Part shown: positions 38,640-50,663 of the stretch, in pieces
How positions within the stretch are numbered: the first letter of the stretch is position 1
Layout: the number at the start of each line of letters is the position of its first letter
Notes under the pieces: generated by a model
What the model was told of the DNA's origin: nothing
What the model saw: the letters and a program-made list of their open reading frames with translations, nothing else
Databases searched by the model: none
Position numbers and translations under genes: made by a program
Origin: Camelus dromedarius
Lineage: Eukaryota
DNA length: 64,000 nucleotides
Assembly (NCBI RefSeq): GCF_036321535.1
Contig: NC_087436.1
Location: 51,338,001-51,402,000 of the forward strand
Direction: 5' to 3'

Positions 38640-38945
38640 CTTGTGCTATGTAAGGTGTAGTTTCCTCTTTTGGAGGGATGTTTGTGGGTCGAGGTGTGGG
38701 GGCAGGAGGTCTGTTCATGATGAAAGACCGACTTTCGATTTTTTTCTTTATACTCCTATTGGCTAGTATCATGTCATATTCACTGTCATCAATCTCAGTG
38801 AAAGAGTATGGGTCTTCCTCCTCATCTTCATCCTTTTCATTTTCCTTCTCTTCTTTTTCTCTTTTGGGTTCACCTCCTATTTTGTATCTTGCACCAGAAT
38901 CACACCAACTTTGACTTCTCTCCACTTGGTCTCTCAACATATTTC
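38640..38945 (-). CDS. BANK1: BANK1 exon 10 (306 nt, phase 1 to 1): acidic run, DPYSF and EYDMIL motifs, RPPAPTPRP, PYIAQ
   Basis: Acceptor ttcataagcag|GAAAT; donor CAAG|gtaatg. Open frame in ORF 38488..38940. Confidence 0.96.
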
Positions 38946-41900
38946 CTGCTTATGAAATATTTAGATGGTGGTTACTCTTATATTTTATGCAATATTATTG
39001 GTATCCATCTGTCACTTGATTGAACATGCCCCCCCAAATAATTTATGTATTATCCTGTAAGTTCCAAAAGGAGGAAAGTGAACCATGTAATTTACTAACA
39101 TATACTCCTACAGTTTACAATTGTTAACTTGTTGGAAAACGTGTTTAAAGACATAGATTTCTTTGAAAACATATAAACATGCATATAAATATTTTCCACA
39201 TAGTTTATGAATGATTTAATTTTAGGAAATCAAATTATAAAACTAAGCCTCAAATTCCAAATGCTTTGAAAACTTATGTTTTTCAAGCATAATGCACTCT
39301 CAGATTTTTTTTTTGATGTTAGTTTACTTTTCAGAGAGACTGAACTGAGTACTCTGCCTAAAGTTCAATTTCTCTGAAAATGACAGAAGGGAATAGCCAA
39401 AAGCACAATTATTTGGTGTTTTACAGTAAGTCTCACTCAGGCTAAGACAACTTGACCTTCAAAACTGCAACTCCTGATTTCTATTAGCCAACATGAACCT
39501 CATTCTGAGATAAAGGACACTGAAAGTAAAGTCCATGACATAAAAGATGGCACGGACAAACTTGAAGATTAATTTATATGAAAAGAATAAAAAGACCTTT
39601 ATGGTTTTCAAATTTAGTAAAATCTTTACATATTTTTAAAGAATGTATTCAAATTTTCTAGCAGCAGTTATTTAGAAGACAAAGATATGTATACTGTGGT
39701 CAATGAGTAAGTTGAAAAGAATTTTGATGGTTCTCTCTGCCAGACCAATGAGAATTTTTTTTAAACGTGCCCTTTTGACAAATATTTTGCTTAAAGTATT
39801 AACAGAAACAATAAAATGGAAAGGTTTCATTTATTCACTGAAAAATTATTGCTTTTCTATGTTGTTCTAAGAGATTCATGCACGTGAACTAAAGGAAAAC
39901 TCTGCTTCCTCTTTGGTGAGAATCTGATCAAAAATTTTTTTGTTTACTTGTGGATATTTAAGTACAAAAAGGAGGCAGGGAGAGAAACAAGCTGTAGAGC
40001 AGAATATAAGGATATTATCATAAGGAGATTTAACAATTGCCCTGGGTCGGCTTATGAGGAGAGACCAGAGGACAGCCCAACATCATCTCTCAAGTCTTAG
40101 CTCGCAGTGTTTCAGTGAGTTCAACCCAGGAAGTGCAAATGCCTACGTGCTTAGCACTAACTTGAAAATCACCATGATTTGCCTTTTCCCCTGTGAATAA
40201 TATGGTTTTGAGATTTTGACTTCGTGACTTCTGTTTCACTGACAGCATCCCCGGAGAAACGGGATTAAGTGTGTGGGAAACACTTGCACAGTGCTTCATT
40301 TTTAGCGGAATGTGTCAACTATCTTACTTTCATGAACCGATTTCCTGAGCTGTTAACATCTCTTTGTTTCCCCACCCACTTCCCTTCCCAACTCTTTCTA
40401 AAGTTGGACTTGCACTAGAGAGAATACATTTTACTTTTTATTTCCCAGTGTATCAGATGATACTTTTCATAGAGTTGGACCTGCGTTTTCTCAACTCAGG
40501 GTGTACATCAGTAAATGAAGATTAAAATATATCACTCCTATAATTCCCATTTTTGAAATAACTGTGAAAGAATGTATAACAAAGATAAAAATCCAAAAAG
40601 CCCAGGAAACCTGCTCATAGACATATTTGACACATTCTGATTAAGGTTCTATGGTCTTAGGTCTGAGTCAAAGGGGCAGATAGTGATTGCTGCCTTGCAA
40701 GTTTGTTGCAAAGATAAAAAGAGACAGGGTGTTCTTTATAAACTGAAAAGTGTTCTATGTTATTTTTTCCAATGAAAACATCCATAAATTCATCATAAAG
40801 AGTTTGATGCTTAGGCATTGAGAAGGTGGCCTCTCTTTTTCAGTAACTTGAGGGCATATGGAAGATATTCTTAAAGGAAAATTCCTGAAGGTATCACTAG
40901 TTAAAGTCAAAGAAGCCATGCAAAGTCTTTGGCAAAAAATAAGTGGTAGCTTCTAGTCTTACTTTCAAAGACCTTAAAGAATTTTAAGAAAAGAATACTG
41001 GCATTTTACTTTCAATTTACTTCTACTATCAGTCCTATGAAAAAATGATATTAAAAGTAACACTGCGTTAAAAAATATAAAAATACAGTCTTTAAATTAA
41101 AGAGGTGGGTTTTTGCGTTATTTTGCTTTTTCTGTTTGGTACTTTTCAGAAGATATATTAGCCAGCACTACACTTCTGATCTTAGCTATCTGGTGAATAG
41201 AATACTCTCCGTGGAGTCATTTTAGACCTCCTAACCAACACACCACATACAGAAATTTACATTAGGAAAATATGATTTAATATTAGCTCCTTTAAGAGCT
41301 TTAACCTGATACAAGACGACTTTGCTTTCTTAACAATTAATTTTAATAATTATATAAATTTATTCGCATCTGTAAAAGTGAGAAAAATATACCAGAATAT
41401 TGTTGTCAGTGCACTTCTAATCTACATACCTCCCCCCATCCCAATATCGATACACCTACTTTCTCAATCTATCTCTAAGTCTGTGGGAGCTTGGCACACA
41501 GCAGGTAATCAGCAATGTTTGTTAAATGAGTGAATGAACCAGAGAAGCCCCCAGCAGGTTTTCCATACTTTCCACGAAGCAGTATTTTCCATCTCTAACT
41601 ACAGTGCCTCATCTTAGAAAAGCTTTATGTTGATCAACTTGAATCAGCTTTATAGAGAGAAGGCCTTCAAGGACACAAATGCTGCATTTCATGGCTTCAA
41701 AATTCACTTGCTAAAACAGGGTTTATAGACTTTATAGCTTCATAGGATGGACAATGAAAGTATAGTCACAAATGAGGTTTTAATAATAGATATTTCTTTC
41801 ATCCTTCTTATTAAATTTCCTTTGTAAGAACATTTTATGAATTTGGAAAGTAAACATAAAATCGTGATCAGTACAGTGGGTGATAAGCAGTGCCTGCAGG

Positions 41901-42359
41901 AGTGAACGTGGAAGTTTGTCAGGGAGCTGGACATTGCAGGCCAGGAAGCACAATGTGGACGCTCCTCCTGGTGCTGCCGCCACCCACCCCAACCCCAGCC
42001 CCTTTACACACCTTAATTTCTGCATCTGGGAACAAATGCCATCACAGCCCTTTAACTGTTCCTCCACTTTAGCAAAGCAGAGTGTTTTCAGACTTTGGTC
42101 TCAGTGCAGTGTGTGATAAGCCCTTTACCATTCAATTCCCTGCAGCTACCAACTGAGTGAGGCGCCCAAGGTCATTTGCAAATCTGTAACACATCAGCGG
42201 TTCTCTTTTGCCAGGAAACTAAGAGTACTTTTTAAAAAACAAAGTTGTCATTTAGTTTTCCACACGATGCTTGAGGTTCATTTTATGTGAAGAACTATAG
42301 ATTCCTTCCAAGGTTTTATTCGTTACTTACATAGAGCTTTGTAATGAGACTTATTTTCT

Positions 42360-42537
42360 GGAAGAAAAAAGAAAGAAAAGGATACAGGAAGAGAGAGAAA
42401 GGAAGGAGGAAAGAGGGAAAGAAAGAAAGGGAAAGAAAGAAAGAAAAAAGAAAAGAAAAGAAAGAAAGAAAAGAAAAGAGAGGAAGGAAGGGAGGAAGGA
42501 AGGAAGGAAATAAAAGGAAAGAAGGAAAGAAGGAAAG

Positions 42538-42624
<87 letters not shown>

Positions 42625-42699
42625 AAAGGAAAGGAAAGGAAAGAAAGAAAGAAAAAAGAAAGGAAGGAAGGAAGGAAGGAAGGAAAGGAAAGGAAGGAA
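42360..42699. repeat. About 340-bp polypurine tract: compound (AAAG)n/(AAGG)n microsatellite
   Basis: Only three pyrimidines in the tract; perfect AAAG array at about 42540-42625. Confidence 0.97.
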
Positions 42700-42871
42700 T
42701 GACGGGAGTCAGTGGGCAGAATCTCTTACTTGATTTCCCAGGCCCTAGTTGTAAAAGACCAGGAGGAAAGTTGCTCAGGCTATGAAGGCTGATCTCTGTG
42801 TAAGTTCACCGCTGCACCGTTTGCTATGTGAGCCTGTCAAAGTGCTGTTGTCGTTTTAACCTTAAACTTAC

Positions 42872-43177
42872 CTTGTAACGGGAACGGAGGTTTTTCCAGT
42901 TGGAAGGCAGCGGCTGCAGGTCGCGGCGGAGGGAGAGGTGGTCTGCTGCTCACGGGGGGCTCTTGTGAACTATCTTCTGGGTTGTCTCCAGGAATGAACA
43001 CGTACAAGTCATCATACTGGTTCTCACTCTCACTGTCAGGCTCTGATAGGCTGTGCTCGGCCTCGGTGCCCCATTCATTCTCTTTTTCTTCCTCTGCTGT
43101 TTCATTCACCTCGGCTCCTTCCGCCCTCGGCCTGTAGATCTGCCAGCTTTCACGGTGAAGAGCTGGGGTCTGCATGG
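42872..43177 (-). CDS. BANK1: BANK1 exon 9 (306 nt, phase 1 to 1): acidic region, YDDLYVFIP tyrosine motif, RPPLPPPRP proline-rich motif
   Basis: Acceptor tcatcaacag|CCATG; donor CAAG|gtaagt. Open frame in ORF 42837..43217. Confidence 0.95.
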
Positions 43178-45229
43178 CTGTTGATGACGAAGATTGTGCG
43201 ATGTCATTTAAATACATCTGGAGGCACTGCAGATTTTGTGATTTTGTACAGAAGTGGTGGGCATGGTAACCAAACTTTTACGATCTGATATAGGGGAAAG
43301 CTGACAAATGCGTGATTTTGGTGAATGGCTGTTCTTGAGCTTTTAAAATATTTATCAAATGAAAGCTCCTTTATATGTTGCTACTTCAGTTTATGACACA
43401 CCCGTATATATAATAATATGTGATACCAGAATACTACATATATAATAATATTCTGAGTCTCTAGAATTACCGTATGAGCAGATTCAGGATATGACCACAT
43501 TAGCATATTTTTATTAGAAAACAGTAATAACTAACCGAATAAGTAAGAAGTAAGTGATGGAAAAGGTAACAACAAGGAGCAAAAATCTTAACTTGCTTGT
43601 AAATAATGCAATAAAATGAACCTGTGATTCTTATTTCATTATTATTTTAACATATATTTATCAACAGATGACATCTTAATTCTTGAACAAATTACTTCAG
43701 AAAAGTGTTAATATTTTTGATGGAAAAGGCATCCAAATCACCAAAGTAGATATTTTTGAGGCTCAGTTCTCTCATCAAAAAAATCTATTCTATCTTGAAA
43801 CTTAACCAAATGATTCAGTCAAATTTCTTCCATTCTAAGAATCATGATTCCATGATTTGTGCTTACACTGTACACAGTAAATGCTCTCTAACCACTCAGG
43901 AAGGAAATAGAAAAAATATACTATAATGCAGTAATTTAAATCTCAAAATTTTTTTGCTGATATTTTCTTTATAGAAATTCTGTTCTAAACAAAGTATTTA
44001 CAAAAATTTAAAGTGAACTTTGGAATTTCTATATTGGCGGGAGTATGTGAATTTCTGTCATGAGTACAATAGAAAAGCAAATAAATGTTGTTTTAAAGGG
44101 TTGCCAAACTAAAATACAGCTAAAGAAGGCAAATGTCAGAGTACAGGAGAGAGGATTGTTTTTTTAAGTAAAGAGTTACCCTGTAGACATTTTTTAGCAA
44201 TGGGAGAAAAATTAGTCATGTGGGAAAATTATGCCCATGATGGTTCTGCATATCTCTACATGAATTTTACTTTTAATTTCTCTCTCTCCTTTTTTCTTTT
44301 TTTCATGTGAGAAAGAAGAAAGGTCCAGTTACTACTACTAACTGCAAACCAAGACTCTTTAATTACCAGCCTGGGCAGAGCAGACGGCCTTTCATTCTTG
44401 CACAGATCTCTGCACAGATCTCATTCATCTTTCTGCCTCTAACTAACCCCAAACACGGATCCTGAAATAAAGTGGTCTCTAGATATGTTTACGGAGTGGA
44501 TGACAGAGTAGCTGAAAAGAAATCATTGCTCAGGCTGGCAAAGGGACTTACTACTTCTGTCTCGGTGAATTGATCATTAACTTAAAAAGTAACATTCACG
44601 CCATTGGCAATTACTTGTAGCCACCATTATGTTTTTATGTATTCAGTGTCTGTGCTTTATGTGAACACCATCTAAGCAGCAGAGTCTCCTTGGTCTCTAT
44701 CAAATATTCCCAAACCTGGAAGACAGTCCTGGAGAGTCTGATGGGTTTTAGCCAACTTCATAGAAATGGTGATACCAATGGAAATCTGCTGACTTAAGGT
44801 GCTCCATGCTTCACCCCCAATCCAAAGAAAGAATCAGAGGCCTGAGTCCAGTCCCAGAGAGTTTCATATATGAGACAGTTCCAGGTCCAAACTGTGTGTA
44901 GAAATGAGGTTGTTCTTTGAAAGACCCTGAAATAATACTTTCTTATTTATTATTGGTAGTACTTCTGAAGATTAAATGTCATAATGAATATATGGTCATT
45001 ATCAATGATAGCCTTTATCATCACTCTCATTATCATTAAAAATGATAATAAATCATTAAAATGATAATAGAATGCATAACTAAAACTTAGTGCATTAATT
45101 TATTATGTTAATAATTAGCATTATTTGTGTTCTGCAATAATGTTGGAAGAGTTTACTGATTTTGTCAAAGTCTGTTAGCATTGTGTTTAATTATATTTGA
45201 TTTGCAGGTCAGCCCATCATTTGAAAAAC

Positions 45230-46060
45230 TGGTGGTCACTGTGAAAAGTGCAAACGACCTGCGGCAAGAGCATGCTTGATGTGTGAGCTGTCACTGTGGC
45301 CGTGAACAACCAAGAGAGTGGTCAGAGACAGGACCAAAAAAGATGATGTAGGGCCTTCTAGGCAATGGTAAGGATTACAAATACGATGGAAAGGTACTGG
45401 AGAATTTGGAGCAGAAGCATGATTAGTTCTTTCATGAAGCACAGAATATTAGGGACAAATGCACGAGAAGCTGTTGCAGGGTTTCTTAGCAGCAGTGCTT
45501 ATTGGCATTTTGGACCAGATAACTGTGTGTTTCATGGCACAGGTCCTGTGCATTGTAGGATATTACGCAGTATTTCTAGCAAAACTCCCTTCTCAAATCA
45601 TGACGACAACAACAAAAATCTCCATTCATTGACAAATACCATCTGTTGAGAAAACAGAGCTTCACTGAGAGTCACTGCGTTATTGTAATATCCCGGAGGA
45701 GAGCTGGTGACCGCATGGACTGGGATAAATAACAACGAAAGGGTGAGGAATGACTGAATGCTGGCTGTATTGTGAGGGTAGAGTCCACAGTACCATCTGA
45801 CAGATTGGACATAGGATAGCTGTAAAAAAAACCAAGGATGACTCCAAGGTTTGGACTGAGTTGAGCAAGGAAGGAGTCTTCATTTACTGAGATGGGGAAC
45901 TCGGCAGAAGAGCAGATTTGGGAGAGGCAGGAATAAGGGTTTTCAGATTTGGAAGTGGGAGGTGCGTATCAGCCTTGCTGGCAAAGATGGTGATCCAGCT
46001 GCTGTACACTGGAGGGGCCCGGCAAGACGGGCAGAGTTACGTACGTGGAGGGACACTAGG
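45230..46060 (-). mobile_element. L2 LINE fragment interrupted by MER20
   Basis: gggccttctaggcaatggtaagga, caaggatgactccaaggttt, catttactgagatggggaac..agaagagcagatttggg. Confidence 0.8.
45477..45677 (-). mobile_element. MER20-like element nested in L2
   Basis: cagggtttctt..ttggcattttggaccagataa..gtcctgtgcattgtaggat..ctgagagtcactg. Confidence 0.75.
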
Positions 46061-46500
46061 AATTAGCCTTCAGTCACTAGAATATAGCATTACATTCTGC
46101 TACAGCCAGCGGGGGACCTTAAAAAGTCCTCGTACAAACTTTCCATTGCCTCGCTGAGAAAACTAAGGTCTGAAAAGTATGTGACTTTGTTTAAAACAAA
46201 CAAAAGAAACCTTAAAAATACAGTTGTGAAATAGAATTCTTATGTCAACCTGACTTGTGTATTCTCGTTGGGTAGGAAAAAAACTCCTGGTGTTTTATTA
46301 CTAAGTAAACTTATTAGAAGTATTTAAATTAGCCAGATAATGTAGTAATATCTCTACTGGATGATACACTAAAAGTCATTCAGTTAAATTATCTTTCCAC
46401 GCTCCCCATGCTTTTCCATGTTCTCTTCGGTTTTACTTTACCAGTGACATATACCTTAATACAAATGTTGCATGTGTACGTAACGTACATGAACACTTAC

Positions 46501-46579
46501 GGGGAGAACATGTGGAAGATGAGGTAACATCCTCTTCATAGTCATGTTCTTGCTCCTTATTTCTGCTAACTTCTTGGAT
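46501..46579 (-). CDS. BANK1: BANK1 exon 8 (79 nt, phase 0 to 1): IQEVSRNKEQEHDYEEDVTSSSTCSP
   Basis: Acceptor atttctttcag|ATC; donor CCC|gtaagt. The peptide lies within ORF 46433..46705. Confidence 0.92.
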
Positions 46580-48494
46580 CTGAAAGAAATGAACACAATT
46601 TTCAATGATATGTATTAATCTTAATAAATCTGCATTTTTACATATACCAAATGGAAAGTTAATACCTGTGGAAATAAGAATAAATTTTAAAGTTTTAATT
46701 TTCAAACTTCGATTATATTACATATCTTAGCTATTATATTTGTGCCATCTAAAATTGTTCAATGACACAATATTAAAAGTGTAACTGAAACAATAGAACA
46801 TTTGTAATAAGCTATGACTAGATTGGAAAACAGAACTTTCTGCAACTACCTTAAGATTCAAAGCAATCGTTATGAAATTTTTGCAGTACATAACTCCTGA
46901 ATAAAAAGGAACACAACTATTTCTTTTAAAAACCATAAGCTTTGCTTCCTTTGAACATGCCTGTATCTTTCACCAGTTCAAAAGATATTCTTAATTATAT
47001 CAAGGACTGTGATACAGTGAAAGACAGTGAAACCGTAAAGAGGTTTATTTTCCATCTTTAAAGAGAAAAAGGAAACTGAGTAAGGGAATTTGTTTGTCCT
47101 TCTGAAATCAGTTCCACTGCAGTTAGAAGGGAGAAAAACTGAGAGAGCACAGAAACCTGTTATCTCTGAAACTGCTAGTCTCCGCTTATGACCTCTGAAG
47201 GAGACATGGGGTCTAACGTAGTGGAAGGTTCTGGAGCTCGTAGGGAAAGTGAAGTAGCATCAGTGACACTTCTGTTTGTACAGAAGAAACAGGAGAAAGA
47301 GACGGAGCTTGGTTGCATTAAAACAGGACACATTTTGTTACCGTGAACTTCAAGTGATTATTCAAATGATTTATGCTTTTGTTCTTAATAAAATTGATTG
47401 AAATGATTAAGCCATTTGCTCTGCATTTGGAATGTCCCTTTAAAAATGAGAAGCATCCATATTAGAGCATTATTAAATTTATAACAGCCTTGGTATGCAA
47501 GCGTAGCTGAGCTGCATCTTGACTTCATCAACTCAGTTTATCACCCACTGTGGCCAATGGGAGCCCAATGGCATTACTCTTTTTTTTTTTTTTTTTAAAC
47601 TGATCTTATCCAGAGAAGCAGCACAATCTTCGATTTCCACTGGAATCTTGAAAATAAAAATCTCTTTAGTATTTTTACAGTGAGGCTGATGCAGAAGCTC
47701 ATTTTCTCTTTAAACCATATTTTCCCCTTTGTGGACTCAATCAAATGCTAATGTGAAAAATCATGTAACTTTACTAGGGAGACTGACATGTTGATTGATA
47801 ACTGTATGCTTTGGTATTAAAAGCATTGTTTATATGGGCATTTTTTGTTTTTAATTAGCCTGACATCTGTATTTCATAAGGTAGATCAAGAATACATTAA
47901 AAAAATCCATAATACTCTTAAAATCATATATCAAAGAAGTTATTCCTGAATAAAAGAAATGGTTTTCAAAGATTTCAGGAATTACGTGAAAATCTCCAGT
48001 ATACTCTTCATAAGACTAGACACTATGAGCTCAAAATCAGTGTAAATTAGTGAAGAGACTGTAGGCAAGTGTGTAGGGGTGTGTGTGTATGTGTGTGCGT
48101 AATGAGGTTGAAACCTAATAGATTCAATTTTATGTTATAACTTAAGCTTTATGACATTCGTACAGACATGGAAGCCTAGAAATGTCTCGAAGGAAGTGGC
48201 TTCCAAATTTAAAAAAATAGCTAAATTTGACTGATTTAACGACTTTCATAATTATTATGTAAAGCTGATATTTGGTACAACCAGGCTATGTGGAAAGTAA
48301 TTGTTTTCTCAGGAATGAAAGGATCTTTAGACATATTTACACTAAAAATAATTGTGTCCTACTAAAGTTCTTTACACTTACAATCATGTTTAGTTTGGAA
48401 AAATGTGTTAGATTTAGTGCTATATTAACACTGTCTGGTGAAATCAGTGATGGCTTAGAAGACAAGAATGGTGACACTGCGACATCCAATCACT

Positions 48495-48740
48495 TTAAGA
48501 CTTTGCCGTGTGGTACAGTGGACAGAGAATAGATTCTTAAGTCAACCTAAGAACAAGTCATAGTTCTATTACTTATTAGCTGTGTGACACTGGGCAAGAG
48601 ACTTCACTCTAAATTTCAATGTTATACCCCGCAAAATGTGGATAGTAATGTCTATGCCATCAGTTTGCTGGGAGGGTTAGATGAGAAGCACGTAAGCAAA
48701 ACACACAGCATATCTACCGTAGTAAGTGCTCGATAAAAGT
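48495..48740 (+). mobile_element. MIR SINE
   Basis: acttattagctgtgtgacactgggcaag..gtagtaagtgctcgataaa. Confidence 0.8.
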
Positions 48741-49830
48741 GATCTGCATAAGTCAGATTATCCTTCGTCGTACAAAATACAGATCTACATTTAAGCAAGA
48801 AAAGTGACCAGGTGGATTTGATGGAGATTCCTCAATAATGAGCCAATAATTATTTAACTTATTTCTCCTGAACTGTGTGCCTCTAGAAGTTCTGCTGTGA
48901 CAGGAAAAGAACTAGAATATACATTTTCTGTCTGATTGACGTGTGGCAGTGTGATTTTGTTATTAAAAACACGCCTGTAATTTATAAGCTAATACAGATG
49001 AGAAGAATCAAAGAGAAAAAGATATTTAATTCTTTTTGTGGGGCCAGAGTCTGACTTTCTTCACTAATTTATCACATACTTATGCTGGTCTACTATGCGC
49101 TGCTATTGCTACTCTGTTAGCAATCAAGGTAAGTAAGTTAGAATTTAAAAGAGACACAATCCATACTCTCAAAAATTTCACATTTTTATTGGGAGGGGAA
49201 AATAATAAAATGATTAGAAAATAATATTTTATTTGTTTTATTATCATAAGCTCAGTCTCTACAGGTGAAATGGATAATTAAAAAAATAATTGGATAACTA
49301 GGACAAAGTTTTATTCATTTGGTTTTTGGTGAGAAGATTGGGTTCAAAAATTATCTTGACACTTGCCTTGATTCCTACTTCTCTAAAAGAAAAATCCAGC
49401 TTAAACAATAAAATCTCTTAGCTGAACATGCTCAGTGTAACATTCCATCCCACAGATAGTCCTTGCACCACACAATGTTTAATAAAATTACAGTCATTCA
49501 TTATCGAAGATTAAAGGACTTCTCATTGACTGAGGTATAAAGAGCTCCAACATTGTAAAATGACTATAAATCAATAAAAAATGTTAAAAAAAAAAAAAAG
49601 CTCCTCATGGCTTTGGCATCTAGCACTGTACAAATTAATCGTAATATTCTGATTTTGAGGGGGTGAATAAAAACAATCTTCACATGGCAGTTGGTTTCCA
49701 AACATTTTAACAAGATTCTGAAGATACTGTAATTAGCCCAACTGTTGCCCAACTTTCTACAATGTTGAGTATAAATGATTTGCCAGCTTTAAAGCACATG
49801 GCAGTCGTGGAATGAGAACAAGAAGATATA

Positions 49831-49856
49831 TGTGTGTGTGTATGTGTGTGTGTGTG
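49831..49856. repeat. Interrupted (TG)n microsatellite
   Basis: Direct reading. Confidence 0.85.
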
Positions 49857-50595
49857 TCTGCAGAATAACAAACTGACCTTGTAATTTTTTAATTTAGTAC
49901 CCAAAATGAATGCACTAGGATGCAGAATCTGGAATAACATTCCAATTGAGATAATAAAGATTTTTCCTACTAACTTTTAAGAATGAACAATGTTATACTG
50001 AAGCTATGAATAACAGCAAACATAGGAGTCTCAAATTGTTTTCAAAGGCATCCTGTAGGAGTGTAATATCTTAGCTCTAATAACATCTTTTAAGAGAATT
50101 TGTTTCTCCTTAGGCTACCTAGGAATATGGCCCAGAAGCAGATTCATATAATTTCTCATGAAATTTTCTTTTTATACCATGGGAATTGGAATCTTGAATG
50201 TAAAAATTAAATAGGAATTCTGATTGAGAGAGGAATGAGGAAGAATGAAATAGACATGGTGTACTTAAACTTGCATTTTGGGGTGGGGGTATGTGGACAT
50301 TTTCCTTAGTATGAAGCAAAATTTTGCTAGAGTAACCTGAGGATATGTGCTCTACTTTTTTTAGTCAGAATCGTATTACAAAAATTAAGCAATGAAAAGA
50401 CACTTTCACCAGGTGGTTGAAGGATACAAATCTCATTCTACACAATGAGATATTCAATTTTCTAATTGGGACCAACAAAACAATCTGGTGAAGTGAAAAA
50501 AACAGGTGCCAAGGGGACAAAGAATAGATTCATTTGAAAGTTCACAGAAAGGGAGAAAGAAACAGCATGAATATCATAACCTACTTCCTCATATT

Positions 50596-50663
50596 CCATG
50601 TTTGTTGTTTCCAAGCCATTCATTTTATGGTTTTTGTCATAGCAGCCTAAAAGGCTTGAGGCA
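50596..50663 (+). mobile_element. MaLR (MLT/MST-type) LTR 3' terminal remnant
   Basis: tgttgtttccaagcca..tttatggtttttgtcatagcagcc..gaggca. Confidence 0.5.

Larger units (their letters stand above)
2580..46579 (-). other. BANK1: BANK1 gene, 3' portion (exons ~8-17); gene continues upstream beyond the window end
   Basis: The spliced translation (IQEVSRNKEQEHDYEED...QYDDLYVFIP...RPPLPPPRP...EIDDSEYDMILAN...RPPAPTPRP...GQEELILLQEKVKNGK...EKLRQLRDCIIGKRPEEENVYNKLTIVHHP...QVEKEFGFCFRKDH*) matches the BANK1 C-terminal half as I recall it. All introns are GT-AG and phase-consistent. The 3' end is approximate. Confidence 0.96.

Noticed and set aside
42344..42733. 129-aa Lys/Arg/Glu-rich ORF
   Set aside because: Translation of the (AAAG)n/(AAGG)n tract, which cannot contain stop codons.
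43178..43219. Upstream acceptor (cctccag|ATG) and the ORF start at 43217 as the beginning of exon 9
   Set aside because: It adds 40 nt and shifts the frame relative to exon 8; the acceptor at 43178-43179 keeps the frame.
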